A stretch of 63,961 bases of DNA, filler included, from Craspedostauros australis (Eukaryota): NCBI GenBank assembly GCA_030167865.1. It is 17 parts of 17 records of this genome, joined end to end, with 100 filler letters (N's around TTAATTAATTAA, not from the genome) between each part and the next. Parts side by side here need not be neighbours in the genome. Positions count along the whole stretch, not along the records: positions 1 to 10,295 come from JALAGF010004705.1; 16 more parts are not named here. One strand, 5' to 3'. Below the pieces are notes generated by a model. That model saw only the letters and a list, made by a program, of their open reading frames with translations. It ran no database searches and was not told the origin of the DNA. The translations under genes and the position numbers were made by a program. Positions 1 to 10,351 of the stretch are shown one piece after another (positions within the stretch are counted from its first letter, which is position 1; every line of letters starts with the position of its first letter).

Positions 1-2931
1 TGGGAGCCTCCCGCTCAATGAGCATTCGCTGATGCTCAGCACTTCCATCATTGTTAGGTTCTTCATCTCTGATGGGATTGTCCCGCGCAGCCTTCTATTA
101 TCATGCAACTGCATATTTTGCATCTTCGTCAATTTGCCCATCTCTGTCGGGAGAGTGCCCGTCAACCCTGCACTGTATGCGAAGAGAATGGATAGCTTGT
201 TCAAATTGCCCAATTCGGAAGGGATGGACCCTGTGAACAGGTTTGTGCGAATGGAAATCCGATCTAAGTCAGTCAACTTGCCGATTTCGGTTGGGAGGGG
301 CCCAGTCAACTTGTTCTCATACAGCCAAAGCCGCGTCATTGCTGTCAGCCGGCCGATCTGCGTTGGGACCCGGCCTTTCAGCTGGTTTGAATGCACCCAC
401 AGCCCATTCAACTTGGTTAGCTTGCCAAGCTCACTCGGGATCTGCCCTGTTAGCTGGCATCTACTCATCTCCAGATCAGATAGAAGCGTGCACTGGCCGA
501 TTTCGGTTGGGATCTTACCAGACACCATTGACGCCAGTGATCGAAAGATCTCCAGCTTGGTCAGCGCACCAAGGGTTGTCGGCAGCTCGCCCGAAAGGCC
601 GCTTTCATGCAGTTGCAAGGCCCTGAGATTCGTAAGATCGCCAACATGCGATGACAGTGACCCCGTGATGGGATTGGCCTGCAACTGCACATCCTCCAAG
701 CTCCGTAGATTATACAGAGCTGGATCGATGTCGCCTTGGACGTTGGTATCGGGAAGGAGCAAGCTCACGATGTATCCATCCTCTTGACACCCGATGCCCC
801 GACTGCCATCGTTCCAACCGCAGATATCCCCATCGGAAGGAAGATCGAAGTCCACGGTCCAACCCTCTCCATTCATGGAGTAGTACAAGCTGATGAAGCC
901 GTAGTGCTCCAGGAGTCTTCTCACTGTGTTGGCGTGATTGGTATGGTTGGCACCAGAGATCATTTGTGTCACATGTTCATTCTGCGGACGTGCCATCCAG
1001 TCCAGCACTTTGTGCGGAATACTGCCAGGATCTGCGAATGCTGATTCGTTGATGGATGTCGGTGGTGTCAGAAGCGATGGTGCGAGGAGGTCCAAGATCG
1101 CGAAGAATTGATCGGACTGTGGGAAGCTGTTGGTGGGGGAAGTGGAGGGAGAGGCAGAGGGATCTGTTGATGGCGCGGTTGACGGTGCGGTGGTTGGTAT
1201 GGCTGACGGTGTGAACGAAGGCTCTGTTGTCATGGACGGTGCATGAGATGGCTCCACCATCAATGTGGGATGAGTAGGCGACATCGTTGAAAACTGCTCT
1301 GGGTCAGGTGTGGGCATTGACGATTGGCCTTCGCTTGTGGCGGGCATGGATGTTGGTGCGCCCGTCGCGACGTTGGAGTCCAAGCCAACTACATTGGAAT
1401 TCTTGTCTGTTGCATCATCCGTGCCACTGTTTTGTTGCAGCAGCACAGCGGTGACAACCCCAGCAACAAGAGCGATGCAGACCAAGGCGAGCAATATTTT
1501 CGATTTCCGATGCCGTTTGTTGGATGTTGTCCCAGCTTTCCTCGTTCCGTCGCCGTCGCCGTCGGAATCATCTTGAATCGATCCATCATCGCCACGGGTA
1601 CCACCCGGATTACCAGGTCGAGCTGATGCCCCATCCCGGTGGAGCGGTTCTGCCACCACCAAGTCGATACCGCGGTTTATCCTGCTGCCATATTCGATCT
1701 CCATCTCCTCCCGTATTACCTGCCGTAGTTCGTCCTGAGTCATCGCTTCGTGAGCCACAACGGCAGGGTACGTCACGGTGGAAAGCGACATTGGATCTGT
1801 GACTGCTACCGTTGGCATTGGCATGTTTGGCTCCATGGATACGCGAGCATAGCTTTCATCACCGTTGCTGCGGGGATCATCGTTGTTTGGATCACGAAGT
1901 CGTGGCAACTGATCCTGCGACTCGCGTATCGTCCGACTCGTGCTGCGGGTCGTTGCTGTATCACTCGCGGCAGTGACCGTGTCGCGGTTGCCACTGTGGC
2001 CGACGTGGGCACTGCCAACGTTCTCCGGATCAAGCAATTCATATTCCGGCTGCTCAGTTGTCGTCGGATCGGTGTCGACGTTGCTTTTGTTGACGTCACT
2101 ATCCCAATTTCCGTGCACGATATTCCCGAGCTTGTGAAGAGGTTGGACTTTCACGGTATCAACGTTTCTTTCACAATCCACCTTCTGAACATCGCTGTCG
2201 TTTGCGCTGCCTGGTCTGTCGACTGACAAGGATTTGCGGATCTGATCGTACCGGTGATGCGGCGAAGCGACGGAAGGCCTCGGCGTGCGTTCCAGCAAAC
2301 CCTTTTGGAAAGGCCGCGCTTCGCCATCTGTACCATCTCTGATGGCTTGCGCAAAAGAGGAAGGGCGGTGATCAGATTTGGACAACGATGCATTGACCGA
2401 TGTCAGCCGACGAGGTCTGGACGACGCCTGCGCTTCGTTCTTCTTGTCGCCGCGTGGCAATATCTGCGTGTTCCTACGAATCCGCCTGCTTCGGCGCAGC
2501 GACGTTGGGTTATCACTGGTGGCGCATTGGTGACCGTTTGGACTTCTTTGCAGCGTCGGTGCTGCAGACATGGCTCTTCGTGGCGCAGCGGAAGGCGTCT
2601 GCATTGACGTTGGCGTTGGCATTGGCGTGGATGGAGGGTTATTCTGAGTTGTGCTGGGAGGTTGAGAAGCATTGCGAGCTTCGGCATCATCGTAAAAGCT
2701 ATCGTCGACGGAGTTGCGGTTGTCGGCGTTGCCTGGTTGGTCTGTTTGTGCTGCTGGAACGGGGAGTTGGCTTCTGTCTCGGTCTCCGTTCCCCCCTCCC
2801 ACTGGGACGGCGTCTGATCCGCCTGCGTCACCCGCAGCTGCAACTACTTGCGCGGCACTCTGAGAAGCGCTGCGATTGGAGGTGCCTTCGCCTGTTTCTT
2901 CATCTGCAATTCTCTCACCGGCGACGCTCAT
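1..2931 (-). CDS. Type II membrane leucine-rich-repeat receptor-like protein (3' end runs off the window)
   Basis: Manual translation of the minus frame from ATG 2931 (MSVAGERIADEE...) stays open to base 1. It has a long disordered N-terminus, a TM helix KILLALVCIALVAGVVTAVLL (~1435-1500), a Pro/Ser/Thr stalk, an LRR N-cap (RLLEHYGFISLYYSMNGEGW...DICGW...GIGC) and plant-type LRRs (LRGTIPSEMKNLTMMEVLSISECSLSGRLP). It is absent from the ORF track because it has no stop in the window. Confidence 0.88.
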   Translation of the reverse strand, partial: MSVAGERIADEETGEGTSNRSASQSAAQVVAAAGDAGGSDAVPVGGGNGDRDRSQLPVPAAQTDQPGNADNRNSVDDSFYDDAEARNASQPPSTTQNNPPSTPMPTPTSMQTPSAAPRRAMSAAPTLQRSPNGHQCATSDNPTSLRRSRRIRRNTQILPRGDKKNEAQASSRPRRLTSVNASLSKSDHRPSSFAQAIRDGTDGEARPFQKGLLERTPRPSVASPHHRYDQIRKSLSVDRPGSANDSDVQKVDCERNVDTVKVQPLHKLGNIVHGNWDSDVNKSNVDTDPTTTEQPEYELLDPENVGSAHVGHSGNRDTVTAASDTATTRSTSRTIRESQDQLPRLRDPNNDDPRSNGDESYARVSMEPNMPMPTVAVTDPMSLSTVTYPAVVAHEAMTQDELRQVIREEMEIEYGSRINRGIDLVVAEPLHRDGASARPGNPGGTRGDDGSIQDDSDGDGDGTRKAGTTSNKRHRKSKILLALVCIALVAGVVTAVLLQQNSGTDDATDKNSNVVGLDSNVATGAPTSMPATSEGQSSMPTPDPEQFSTMSPTHPTLMVEPSHAPSMTTEPSFTPSAIPTTAPSTAPSTDPSASPSTSPTNSFPQSDQFFAILDLLAPSLLTPPTSINESAFADPGSIPHKVLDWMARPQNEHVTQMISGANHTNHANTVRRLLEHYGFISLYYSMNGEGWTVDFDLPSDGDICGWNDGSRGIGCQEDGYIVSLLLPDTNVQGDIDPALYNLRSLEDVQLQANPITGSLSSHVGDLTNLRALQLHESGLSGELPTTLGALTKLEIFRSLASMVSGKIPTEIGQCTLLSDLEMSRCQLTGQIPSELGKLTKLNGLWVHSNQLKGRVPTQIGRLTAMTRLWLYENKLTGPLPTEIGKLTDLDRISIRTNLFTGSIPSELGNLNKLSILFAYSAGLTGTLPTEMGKLTKMQNMQLHDNRRLRGTIPSEMKNLTMMEVLSISECSLSGRLP

Positions 2932-3710
2932 GGTGCGTGTGCGTTCTTGGGTACTCCTATGTCGCAGAGTCGACTTGGGTACGAGTGGGGTACACGACGA
3001 GCTATTGGTGCTCTGTGGGAGCTCTTTTGTGTTGTGAGGTTGACGAGATCCGTCGCTGTCTCAGTGCAGGAAATGGCAGCGCATGCGTCGCTGAGTGCTT
3101 CAGTGACGTTTGTGCTGCGGTCGCGACTCTTGGTTGTTGCGAGGAACTCTGCACGAGTACTGGTGCGCAATCGTTGATTGCATGGTCGTTTGTGTTGGCA
3201 TTGGCGAGAGGCATTTTGTGGAAGGGGTGGGTGACCTTTCCGGCGATTTTCTCCCTCAATCGCGTTCGTGAATTGATGCAATGACTGTGTGAAGGCAAAC
3301 GGATTGCGAGTTGGGCCAATTTCTGCCGATAATTGATTTTGTCGTTGGTGTGCTCATTGCGACATCAACAGACATCGATTCGTGACGTCATCGTTCTCTA
3401 TTGTATTCGTAAAGACCCCAATTCGGCGCGAGAAAGAGACACCAACAACCAAATCCTTTCCAGCCACACCAAAGGCATCAGCACATCATCGCACCAGGAC
3501 ATCAAGGGCAATGGAGAAGCAAAACAAGAGAGATGTGTACGAGTATGAGTAGCTCGTATTTCTTTACGACCCAACGCCCAATAATTGGGAGATAAACAAT
3601 TTGAAATCAGATATTCGGACTATCGACCCCAACGCCTATGAGTGGGGACCTCTTTTCTTTATATATTCTGAATCCTCTCGAACTCCTCTTTCCAACCATG
3701 CTATTACATC

Positions 3711-4519
3711 TGTTGGCAAGTTCCGCTCATGGAAGCCTATGATCATGGAAGACGGTGTTGGTTGATAGTCATTCTGTTTGCTATTTCATTACGTTGGCAC
3801 TCTGATCCTCTCAGTGTCTCCGTTCTCTTGCCTGATGCTCTTGGTGCATCTCTATGTTTTGTAGATTGGTCTCTGACTACAAGTCAGTACACGAGATGCT
3901 CTCTTGCTGCTCTTCACATTCTCTCTCTCTTTCTCAATATTGCGTGTTCATGATACACGACACTCCATGTTCAATGCGTACTCTGCATTTGACACTCCAT
4001 TCGTTCACTACTGGTTCCTACTCCATGAGTGCTCACCACTTGAACTCCTCCTCATGTATCCATGATCTCGATGCCCTTCAGTCATCGGATCTTCACCTAC
4101 TGCTTCTGACATGGAGACAGATGTCAACATGGTGACACAATGACATCCTGTCAACATCAGCTGTCATCTTCCTTGTTCCTCCAGATGTCACGTTCCATCG
4201 ATGATGCGATGGTCTGTCAGATGATATCATCATCTGGGGTTTAGTTGGGAAGTACTTCAAGCTTTGCTTGATACCATACGTTTCCATTGATGGATGGACG
4301 GACGATGTTCCTGATTCTCTCAGAAATCGTTGATTGCAAACTTCCTCCAGAGATTCTGCTCATTTTCGTGCATTCCATTTGTGCTGTGATTTTGACAAAT
4401 CACATCATACTATTGGCACGAATGTAGTTATACCGTCCAAGTATGTATAAGAGAATAGAGGGTGAACGATGCACATATACATGTACATCTTGACATATAC
4501 ATGCATGTACATCTCGACA
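3711..4519 (-). mobile_element. Solo LTR, family A (Copia)
   Basis: Reads TGTCGAGATGTAC...GAACTTGCCAACA on the minus strand. Homologous to the 3' LTR that follows the PPT of the Copia pol at 47410. No clean TSD. Confidence 0.85.
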
Positions 4520-5067
4520 TTCCAACATGTCATACAATCATCAAGGAACACTTGCCCTTTCATTCCATTTGGTTTGAGCCCACCATTGTCACTGTTTGTG
4601 CTTCCCCAAACACTCTGATGCTTGTGTGCGAGATGATCTTGTTTTGTGAAAGGCGTAGGCACCCGTTTGTTGAATGGTATTGAAATGAGAGAGTCTTCTA
4701 CAGGTATGGTACACACATGAATGGAAACGAAGAAAGCTGTGGCGAGTTGCGATTCTTCGTGTGATTGCATTGCTTTGAGAATGTCGTCGTCGTAGTTGTT
4801 GACATTGACGTTGGTTTGGTTGTATCTGTTTTTTGTGGGCCGCCATCGTTTTCTCTACTTCGTGTATTAGCAGCCGGTGCAACAGGTACAGATAATTTCT
4901 GGGTCTTCACCATTCCGACCGCTTGCGCAGCCGCTTGGGCGATGCCTGAGAGAGAATGAAGATGTGCAGAAGAGGGGGTCAAGTTCGCTGATGATATTGT
5001 TATTTTTGAGGCGAATATAGTCAACATGTGTAAGCTTAGCCAGTTGTGTTGGGACAATGGCGCTGAA

Positions 5068-7902
5068 CTAGATTCCGGGGATCCTGACTAATTCCAATGA
5101 TGCGAGGAGACCAACCTGAGTTGGAAGCGGTCTAGTGAATTTGGTCCGTTCTAGATCAAGAAAGGTGAGTGCTGTGAGTTGACCAATCTCGGATGGAAGC
5201 TGCCCAGTGAAGTCGGTAGATCCCAAATCAAGAAAGGCGAGAGCTGTCAGCTGACCAATCTCGGATGGTAGCCGCCCAGTGAAGTCAGTTGGCCCCAAAT
5301 CAAGAAAAGTGAGAGCTGTCAGCTGACCAATCTCCGATGGAAGCCGCCCTGTGAATTTGGTCCATTCTAGATCAAGAAAGGTGAGTGCCGTCAGAATACC
5401 AATCTCAGATGGTAGCCGCCCAGTGAAGCCAGCAGGTCCCAAATCAAGAAAGGCGAGAGCTGTCAGCTGACCAATCTCGGATGGAAGACGCCCAGTGAAG
5501 TCCGTTGGCCCCAAATCAAGAAAGGTGAGAGCTGTCAGCTGACCAATCTCGGATGGAATCTGTCCAGTGAGATCGGTGAAATCTAGGTCAAGAAAGGCGA
5601 GAGCCGTCAGCTGACCAATCTCGGATGGAAGACGCCCAGTGAAACGCGCCTGTTCCAGATCAAGATGTCCCAATGCTGTCAGCCGACCAATCTCAGATGG
5701 AATCTGTTCAGCGAAGTCAGTAGGTCCCATATCAAGAGAGGTAAGCGCTGTCAGTTGACCAATCTCGGATGGAAGCCGTCCAGTGAATTTGGTCGATTCT
5801 AGATCAAGAAAGGTGAGCGCTGTCAGCTGACCAATCTCGGATGGAAGCTGTCCAGTGAAGCCAGCAGGCCCCAAATCAAGAAAGGCAAGAGCTGTCAGCT
5901 GACCAATCTCAGATGGAATCTGTTCAGCGAAGTCAGTAGGTCCCAAATCAAGATAGGTGAGTGCTGTCAGCTGACCAATCTCTGATGGAAGCCGCCCTGT
6001 GAATTTGGTCGATTCCAGATCAAGAAAGGTGAGTGCTGTCAGATTACCAACCTCAGATGGTAGCCGCCCAGTGAAGCCAGCAGGTCCCAAATCAAGAAAG
6101 GCGAGAGCTGTCAGCTGACCAATCTCGGATGGAAGACGCCCAGTGAAGTCCGTTGGCCCCAAATCAAGAAAGGTGAGTGCTGTCAGCTGACCAATCTCTG
6201 ATGGAAGCCGCCCTGTGAATTTGGTCCATTCTAGATCAAGAAAGGTGAGTGCTGTCAGATTACCAACCTCAGATGGTAGCTGCCCAGTGAAGCCAGCAGG
6301 TCCCAAATCAAGAAAGGCGAGAGCTGTCAGCTGACCAATCTCGGATGGAAGACGCCCAGTGAAGTCCGTTGGCCCCAAATCAAGAAAGGTGAGAGCTGTC
6401 AGCTGACCAATCTCGGATGGAATCTGTCCAGTGAGATCGGTGAAATCTAGGTCAAGAAAGGCGAGAGCCGTCAGCTGACCAATCTCGGATGGAAGACGCC
6501 CAGTGAAACGCGCCTGTTCCAGATCAAGATGTCCCAATGCTGTCAGCCGACCAATCTCAGATGGAATCTGTTCAGCGAAGTCAGTAGGTCCCATATCAAG
6601 AGAGGTAAGCGCTGTCAGTTGACCAATCTCGGATGGAAGCCGTCCAGTGAATTTGGTCGATTCTAGATCAAGAAAGGTGAGCGCTGTCAGCTGACCAATC
6701 TCGGATGGAAGCTGTCCAGTGAAGCCGTTGGTGTCCAGATCAAGATATCGTAATGCTGTCAATCGACCAATCTGAGAAGGAAGTGGTCCAGCGAAGTTGT
6801 TGGACTCCAGGTCAAGACGTGTCAATTGTGTAAGTTGATGTATTTCTGACGGAAACGCGCCTCGCAGTTCCATGTACACTAGAGTTAGCTCTGATAGCAT
6901 ACTCAACATGCCAATGTGACTGAAGATAATACCATCGATCTGTCCGCGAGTGCTGGAAGTCATTTCCATTGACCATTTCTCAAGGTGTGAGAGATGATAC
7001 AGGGCTGGATCGAGCGTGCCCCGCATGCCTTCGTCACCCAAAGCTACTTGTACCACATGGCCATTATCGCATGTCACGCCACCAGAGGAAGAGTGCCAGT
7101 CGCACACGTCAGCATCTGATAGAAAGCCCATCTTGTCGTTCCACTTGGCTCCATGCAGTGAAAAGAATATGCTCACCACTGCATAGTACTCCAATAGGCG
7201 CGTGACATTGGCTTGTGCATCTTCCGCGATCATTGATGTGAGGTATTGGTGGTTGCTGTTTGCCATCCAGTTCAATGTCCGGTGTGCAGTACTGGTTGGG
7301 CTGGCGAGTATGGTTGTATCGATGAAGGTAGGCTCTTCTTGGAGTGTGGGCAGGAGCACCTCCCAAATGGCGAAGAAAGCTTCCGATTGATCGAAGCTGT
7401 ACGTTGGGTTCGACGAGGGTAAATCACTCGGTATATCCGTGGGTCTATGAGTTGGGCTCGACGAGGGTAGATCACTCGGTATATCTGTGGGTCTATGAGT
7501 TGGGTTCGACGAGGGTAGATCACTCGGTGTATCTGTGGGTCTGTGAGTTGGGTTCGACGAGGGTAGATCACTTGGTGTATCTGTGGGTCTGTAGGTCGGA
7601 TTTTGTGACGGTCGATCACTAGGGCCATTTGCGGTGGGCTGATACCTACTGCTGCCATCAATGTTGTTGTTGCCGTTGCTGCTGCTGTTCTCGCCACTGG
7701 GGGAGAACACTACGCCTACTGCAATGGCAACAGCTACACCGACGACCAGGAACATCACCGTAACAATACCTTTCCAGCTCCATCCTGCCCGCCGAGAAAA
7801 TGATTCAGGATTCTCATCATCTCTACCGAAGACCCCTGCAACTGCATCTGGAAGATAGATTGCATTCTCTGTGTTATCATCACATGCTGTCTCTTCATCC
7901 AT
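5068..7902 (-). CDS. Type II membrane LRR receptor-like protein with ~24 near-identical 24-aa LRRs
   Basis: ORF 5068..7992, likely start MDEETAC at 7902. TM helix GIVTVMFLVVGVAVAIAVGVVF, 16-aa stalk repeats, N-cap paralogous to the gene at 1..2931, and LRR consensus FTGRLPSEIGQLTALTFLDL. Confidence 0.92.
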   Translation of the reverse strand: MDEETACDDNTENAIYLPDAVAGVFGRDDENPESFSRRAGWSWKGIVTVMFLVVGVAVAIAVGVVFSPSGENSSSNGNNNIDGSSRYQPTANGPSDRPSQNPTYRPTDTPSDLPSSNPTHRPTDTPSDLPSSNPTHRPTDIPSDLPSSSPTHRPTDIPSDLPSSNPTYSFDQSEAFFAIWEVLLPTLQEEPTFIDTTILASPTSTAHRTLNWMANSNHQYLTSMIAEDAQANVTRLLEYYAVVSIFFSLHGAKWNDKMGFLSDADVCDWHSSSGGVTCDNGHVVQVALGDEGMRGTLDPALYHLSHLEKWSMEMTSSTRGQIDGIIFSHIGMLSMLSELTLVYMELRGAFPSEIHQLTQLTRLDLESNNFAGPLPSQIGRLTALRYLDLDTNGFTGQLPSEIGQLTALTFLDLESTKFTGRLPSEIGQLTALTSLDMGPTDFAEQIPSEIGRLTALGHLDLEQARFTGRLPSEIGQLTALAFLDLDFTDLTGQIPSEIGQLTALTFLDLGPTDFTGRLPSEIGQLTALAFLDLGPAGFTGQLPSEVGNLTALTFLDLEWTKFTGRLPSEIGQLTALTFLDLGPTDFTGRLPSEIGQLTALAFLDLGPAGFTGRLPSEVGNLTALTFLDLESTKFTGRLPSEIGQLTALTYLDLGPTDFAEQIPSEIGQLTALAFLDLGPAGFTGQLPSEIGQLTALTFLDLESTKFTGRLPSEIGQLTALTSLDMGPTDFAEQIPSEIGRLTALGHLDLEQARFTGRLPSEIGQLTALAFLDLDFTDLTGQIPSEIGQLTALTFLDLGPTDFTGRLPSEIGQLTALAFLDLGPAGFTGRLPSEIGILTALTFLDLEWTKFTGRLPSEIGQLTALTFLDLGPTDFTGRLPSEIGQLTALAFLDLGSTDFTGQLPSEIGQLTALTFLDLERTKFTRPLPTQVGLLASLELVRIPGI
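5110..6840 (-). repeat. Coding tandem array of 72-bp LRR units with an 864-bp higher-order duplication
   Basis: 72-bp period. Sequence from 5461 matches sequence from 6325 (offset 864 = 12 units). Confidence 0.9.
7404..7612 (-). repeat. 48-bp coding tandem repeat (stalk PTHRPTDTPSDLPSSN, ~4 copies)
   Basis: Repeated gagttgggttcgacgagggtagatcactcggt unit. Confidence 0.9.
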
Positions 7903-8457
7903 TGTTGGGTATGAATGTGGCTGCGGCTGCGGCTGCGGCTGTGTAGGTGGATTGTGCGTCAGTCGCACCAGCGACGAAGATGTGAATGTCACCTGCGCAA
8001 CTTGGACTCTCTCTCTCTCTCTCTCTGTCTCTCTCGAGATCGTGAGTGGTGGTGGTCACTGGATGATGTTGTTGATGGATTGTGAGGGTGAGGAAATAAG
8101 ATGCTCCAAACGATTTCAGGCATGCCAACAAGATCGATATTGGGCGAGGCAGAGAGAGCAACTTCGCTTCTCTGCAGCAACAATCCCTTGATCGCACTCA
8201 TCAGTGAGGTCGTGGTGGCATTTGCACCACGTTTGTCATTTGCATTCGTGACGATGATAGTGGGCAGCTGAGGTGTCAACCATTGGTAGTGGTGCCCTTT
8301 CGTACCGTTTCGTACGCATTGGTGCTGTATCGTCCCCCATCGCACACGCTGTCCTCGTACCACGCACTCTGGCACTCATCCTTCGACTTCCACAGATGTT
8401 CTTTACTTTCACGCACACGGACCGAACAGCCAAAGCGGCAATACTCGTCCGCTTCTT

Positions 8458-8561
8458 TGATCGCATGCTATGATCGCATGCTATGATCGCATGCTATGAT
8501 CGCATGCTATGATCGCATGCTATGATCGCACGCTATGATCGCATGCTATGATCGCGTGCTA
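8458..8561. repeat. 13-bp minisatellite (TGATCGCATGCTA)x8
   Basis: Eight head-to-tail units, two with single substitutions. The last unit plus its flank recurs at ~8672-8715. Confidence 0.95.
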
Positions 8562-9299
8562 GGTCGTACCCTCGGAAGGCGATGGGCAGAGTGCGAACTA
8601 CCAACAATACACCGAGGCATGAGTCTTCAATGCAAACAGAGAAACAGAAGCCAACGCAGACACATCCGCTCCTATGATCGCATGCTAGGTCGCACGCTTG
8701 GAAGGCGATGGGGCAAGTACTAGCAGCAGAAGAGGTAGGTCGGAGGGCAATGACATCCATGCGAGCCTACGCTTCTCTACTGTGCGCTCTCATCGTGTCC
8801 ACCAGCAATCTCCAAAGGCTCCTTTTGAGCGTTGCGTCGATGATCCCTTCAACATGTACTCTACGACGATGACGATGAGAACGATTTTCGAAGCAAGTGG
8901 CGTGGCGTACTTATTTACCGTGTATCTCTAATGATATGACCCACGCGGTGGGTACGGAGAAAAAGTGGCTCTGTGCGTCCTGGGGGCATGGACCCCTCCT
9001 CCCCCAACACTCCCCTTTCGTTGTGACGCACCTGTGCGGGCCAAACCACAGCAGCGCATGCAAACCCCTCCGAGATTTGGCATTAGAGAGTTATCGCTTG
9101 TAACTGGAGGTTTTTGCGTGGCTCATAATTTCATAACTGGCGAGGCTGGCGCGCCCCTATCCCGAGTCACGATATTAGTCCCGTTAAGGACATCGACTCG
9201 ATGGATCGTTTTGAGTCGTGTATCTTATCCACGTTTCGTTCTAGATTTACCGGTTGGCGCCATCGTGCTCTTCATGGCTTTCTTGCCTCCGATTGTTGA

Positions 9300-9720
9300 G
9301 GTGTTTCCCTAACTACTTCAGATGTTCTTCATGTGCTTCCAACTTGCTGGCGTTCCATACGCGCCAGGGTGTCTTCCGATTGTCTATGTATTGCATCTTT
9401 CATGCATTGTTGGTATTCATCCTGAATATGCTTAGCGCGGAGGCGTTGGATTTGAAATGCGGTTCTGTTGACCCGATTGTCGACAACCGTCCTGTGTTGC
9501 CTCCATGAAGTCCACATCCATGCTTTTCGCGGAATCAGTCTTGCCCTTTCTTCCTCTGTCCATCGCCGTCCCCTTCATGTGGTGGTTAATTCGCATCGTC
9601 GTTGCATGTCTGCTTTCCTTCATCCTCCAATTTGCTTTCCCTGTATCTGCTCCACCATCCACGGAGCACNGCACTGCATCAATCGGTCCATACATCCGGA
9701 AAATTGACACATACTTCGCG
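9300..9720 (-). mobile_element. Possible degenerate 3' end of an Ambal-like non-LTR retrotransposon
   Basis: One minus frame reads QIGG*...MQQR...GRRW...RLIPRKAWMWTSWRQHR, loosely matching the C-terminal QEAGW...LQEQY...RWAARIVRKLWKVAWKHW at 34720-34900. Confidence 0.3.
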
Positions 9721-9791
9721 TTCACCTTCGATTGATCCATCCATCCACCCATTCCTACAATCCATCCACCTGCCGTCTCATTGTCATCACC

Positions 9792-10295
9792 ATGACACCC
9801 ACACCATACTCCTGTGAAGATCTCGTCCGTCCTTCCTCCGAAGGCCGATCCTACCATGACGATATCGCTTGGTTTTACCGAGTCTTCATCACTGGCATCG
9901 CTCCACCAAAGGAGGTACCACCACTTGAGCGAGTCATCGCTGGTATCAATCACTGCGAAGGCGTGGAAGACGAACGTGGCAGCAACATCCTCGCCTCCCT
10001 TCGCATGACACCACAGAAGAAGCTCTGGCCTGGATGCTCTCCACTACCATTGACCCTTGCGGCCCAACTCTGGCGAGGGGCCAACCAAACAGGATCCATC
10101 ACATCCGAATCTTCTTGGTGCTCCGCTCCCAGTGAGTCCGACAATACGGATGTGCCAGTCGTCGTCACAGCGCCTGTGGCCAGCGCAGATCTCTCCAGAC
10201 CCAAAGGTCGTAAGATCGGATCCACCAAGTGGACCGACAAAGAAATCCACCTCTTGCTCGCGACGGTGGGCCGCATCCTCCCTGTGGGACGCGAC
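9792..10295 (+). CDS. Myb/SANT-like DNA-binding ORF fragment (Harbinger ORF2 / DUF6818-like), truncated by contig end
   Basis: C-terminal RPKGRKIGSTKWTDKEIHLLLATVGRILPVGRD matches the GRxxGxxxW/YxxxExxxLLxxVxxxLPxG pattern of Myb-like transposon accessory proteins. Confidence 0.5.
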
Positions 10296-10339
10296 NNNNN
10301 NNNNNNNNNNNNNNNNNNNNNNNNNNNNNNNNNNNNNNN

Positions 10340-10351
10340 TTAATTAATTAA
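10340..10351. other. Artificial contig spacer (first of 16; others at 14522, 18392, 21547, 23325, 24860, 27704, 30740, 32663, 39898, 41981, 44178, 50533, 54385, 56912, 62615)
   Basis: TTAATTAATTAA (stop codons in all six frames) centred in N44 flanks, identical each time. Confidence 0.98.

Noticed and set aside
32..787. 251-aa plus-strand ORF (likewise 2400..3284, 53261..54319, 27807..28565)
   Set aside because: Antisense shadows of real minus-strand coding sequences.
3690..4540. TSD for the LTR-A copy at 3711-4519
   Set aside because: Immediate flanks (TACATC / TTCCAA) do not match. A loose ~20-bp flanking similarity (ttccaaccatgctattacatc / ttccaacatgtcatacaatc) is too degenerate to call.
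8458..8561. CRISPR-like appearance of the 13-bp array
   Set aside because: No spacers, no cas genes, eukaryotic context.
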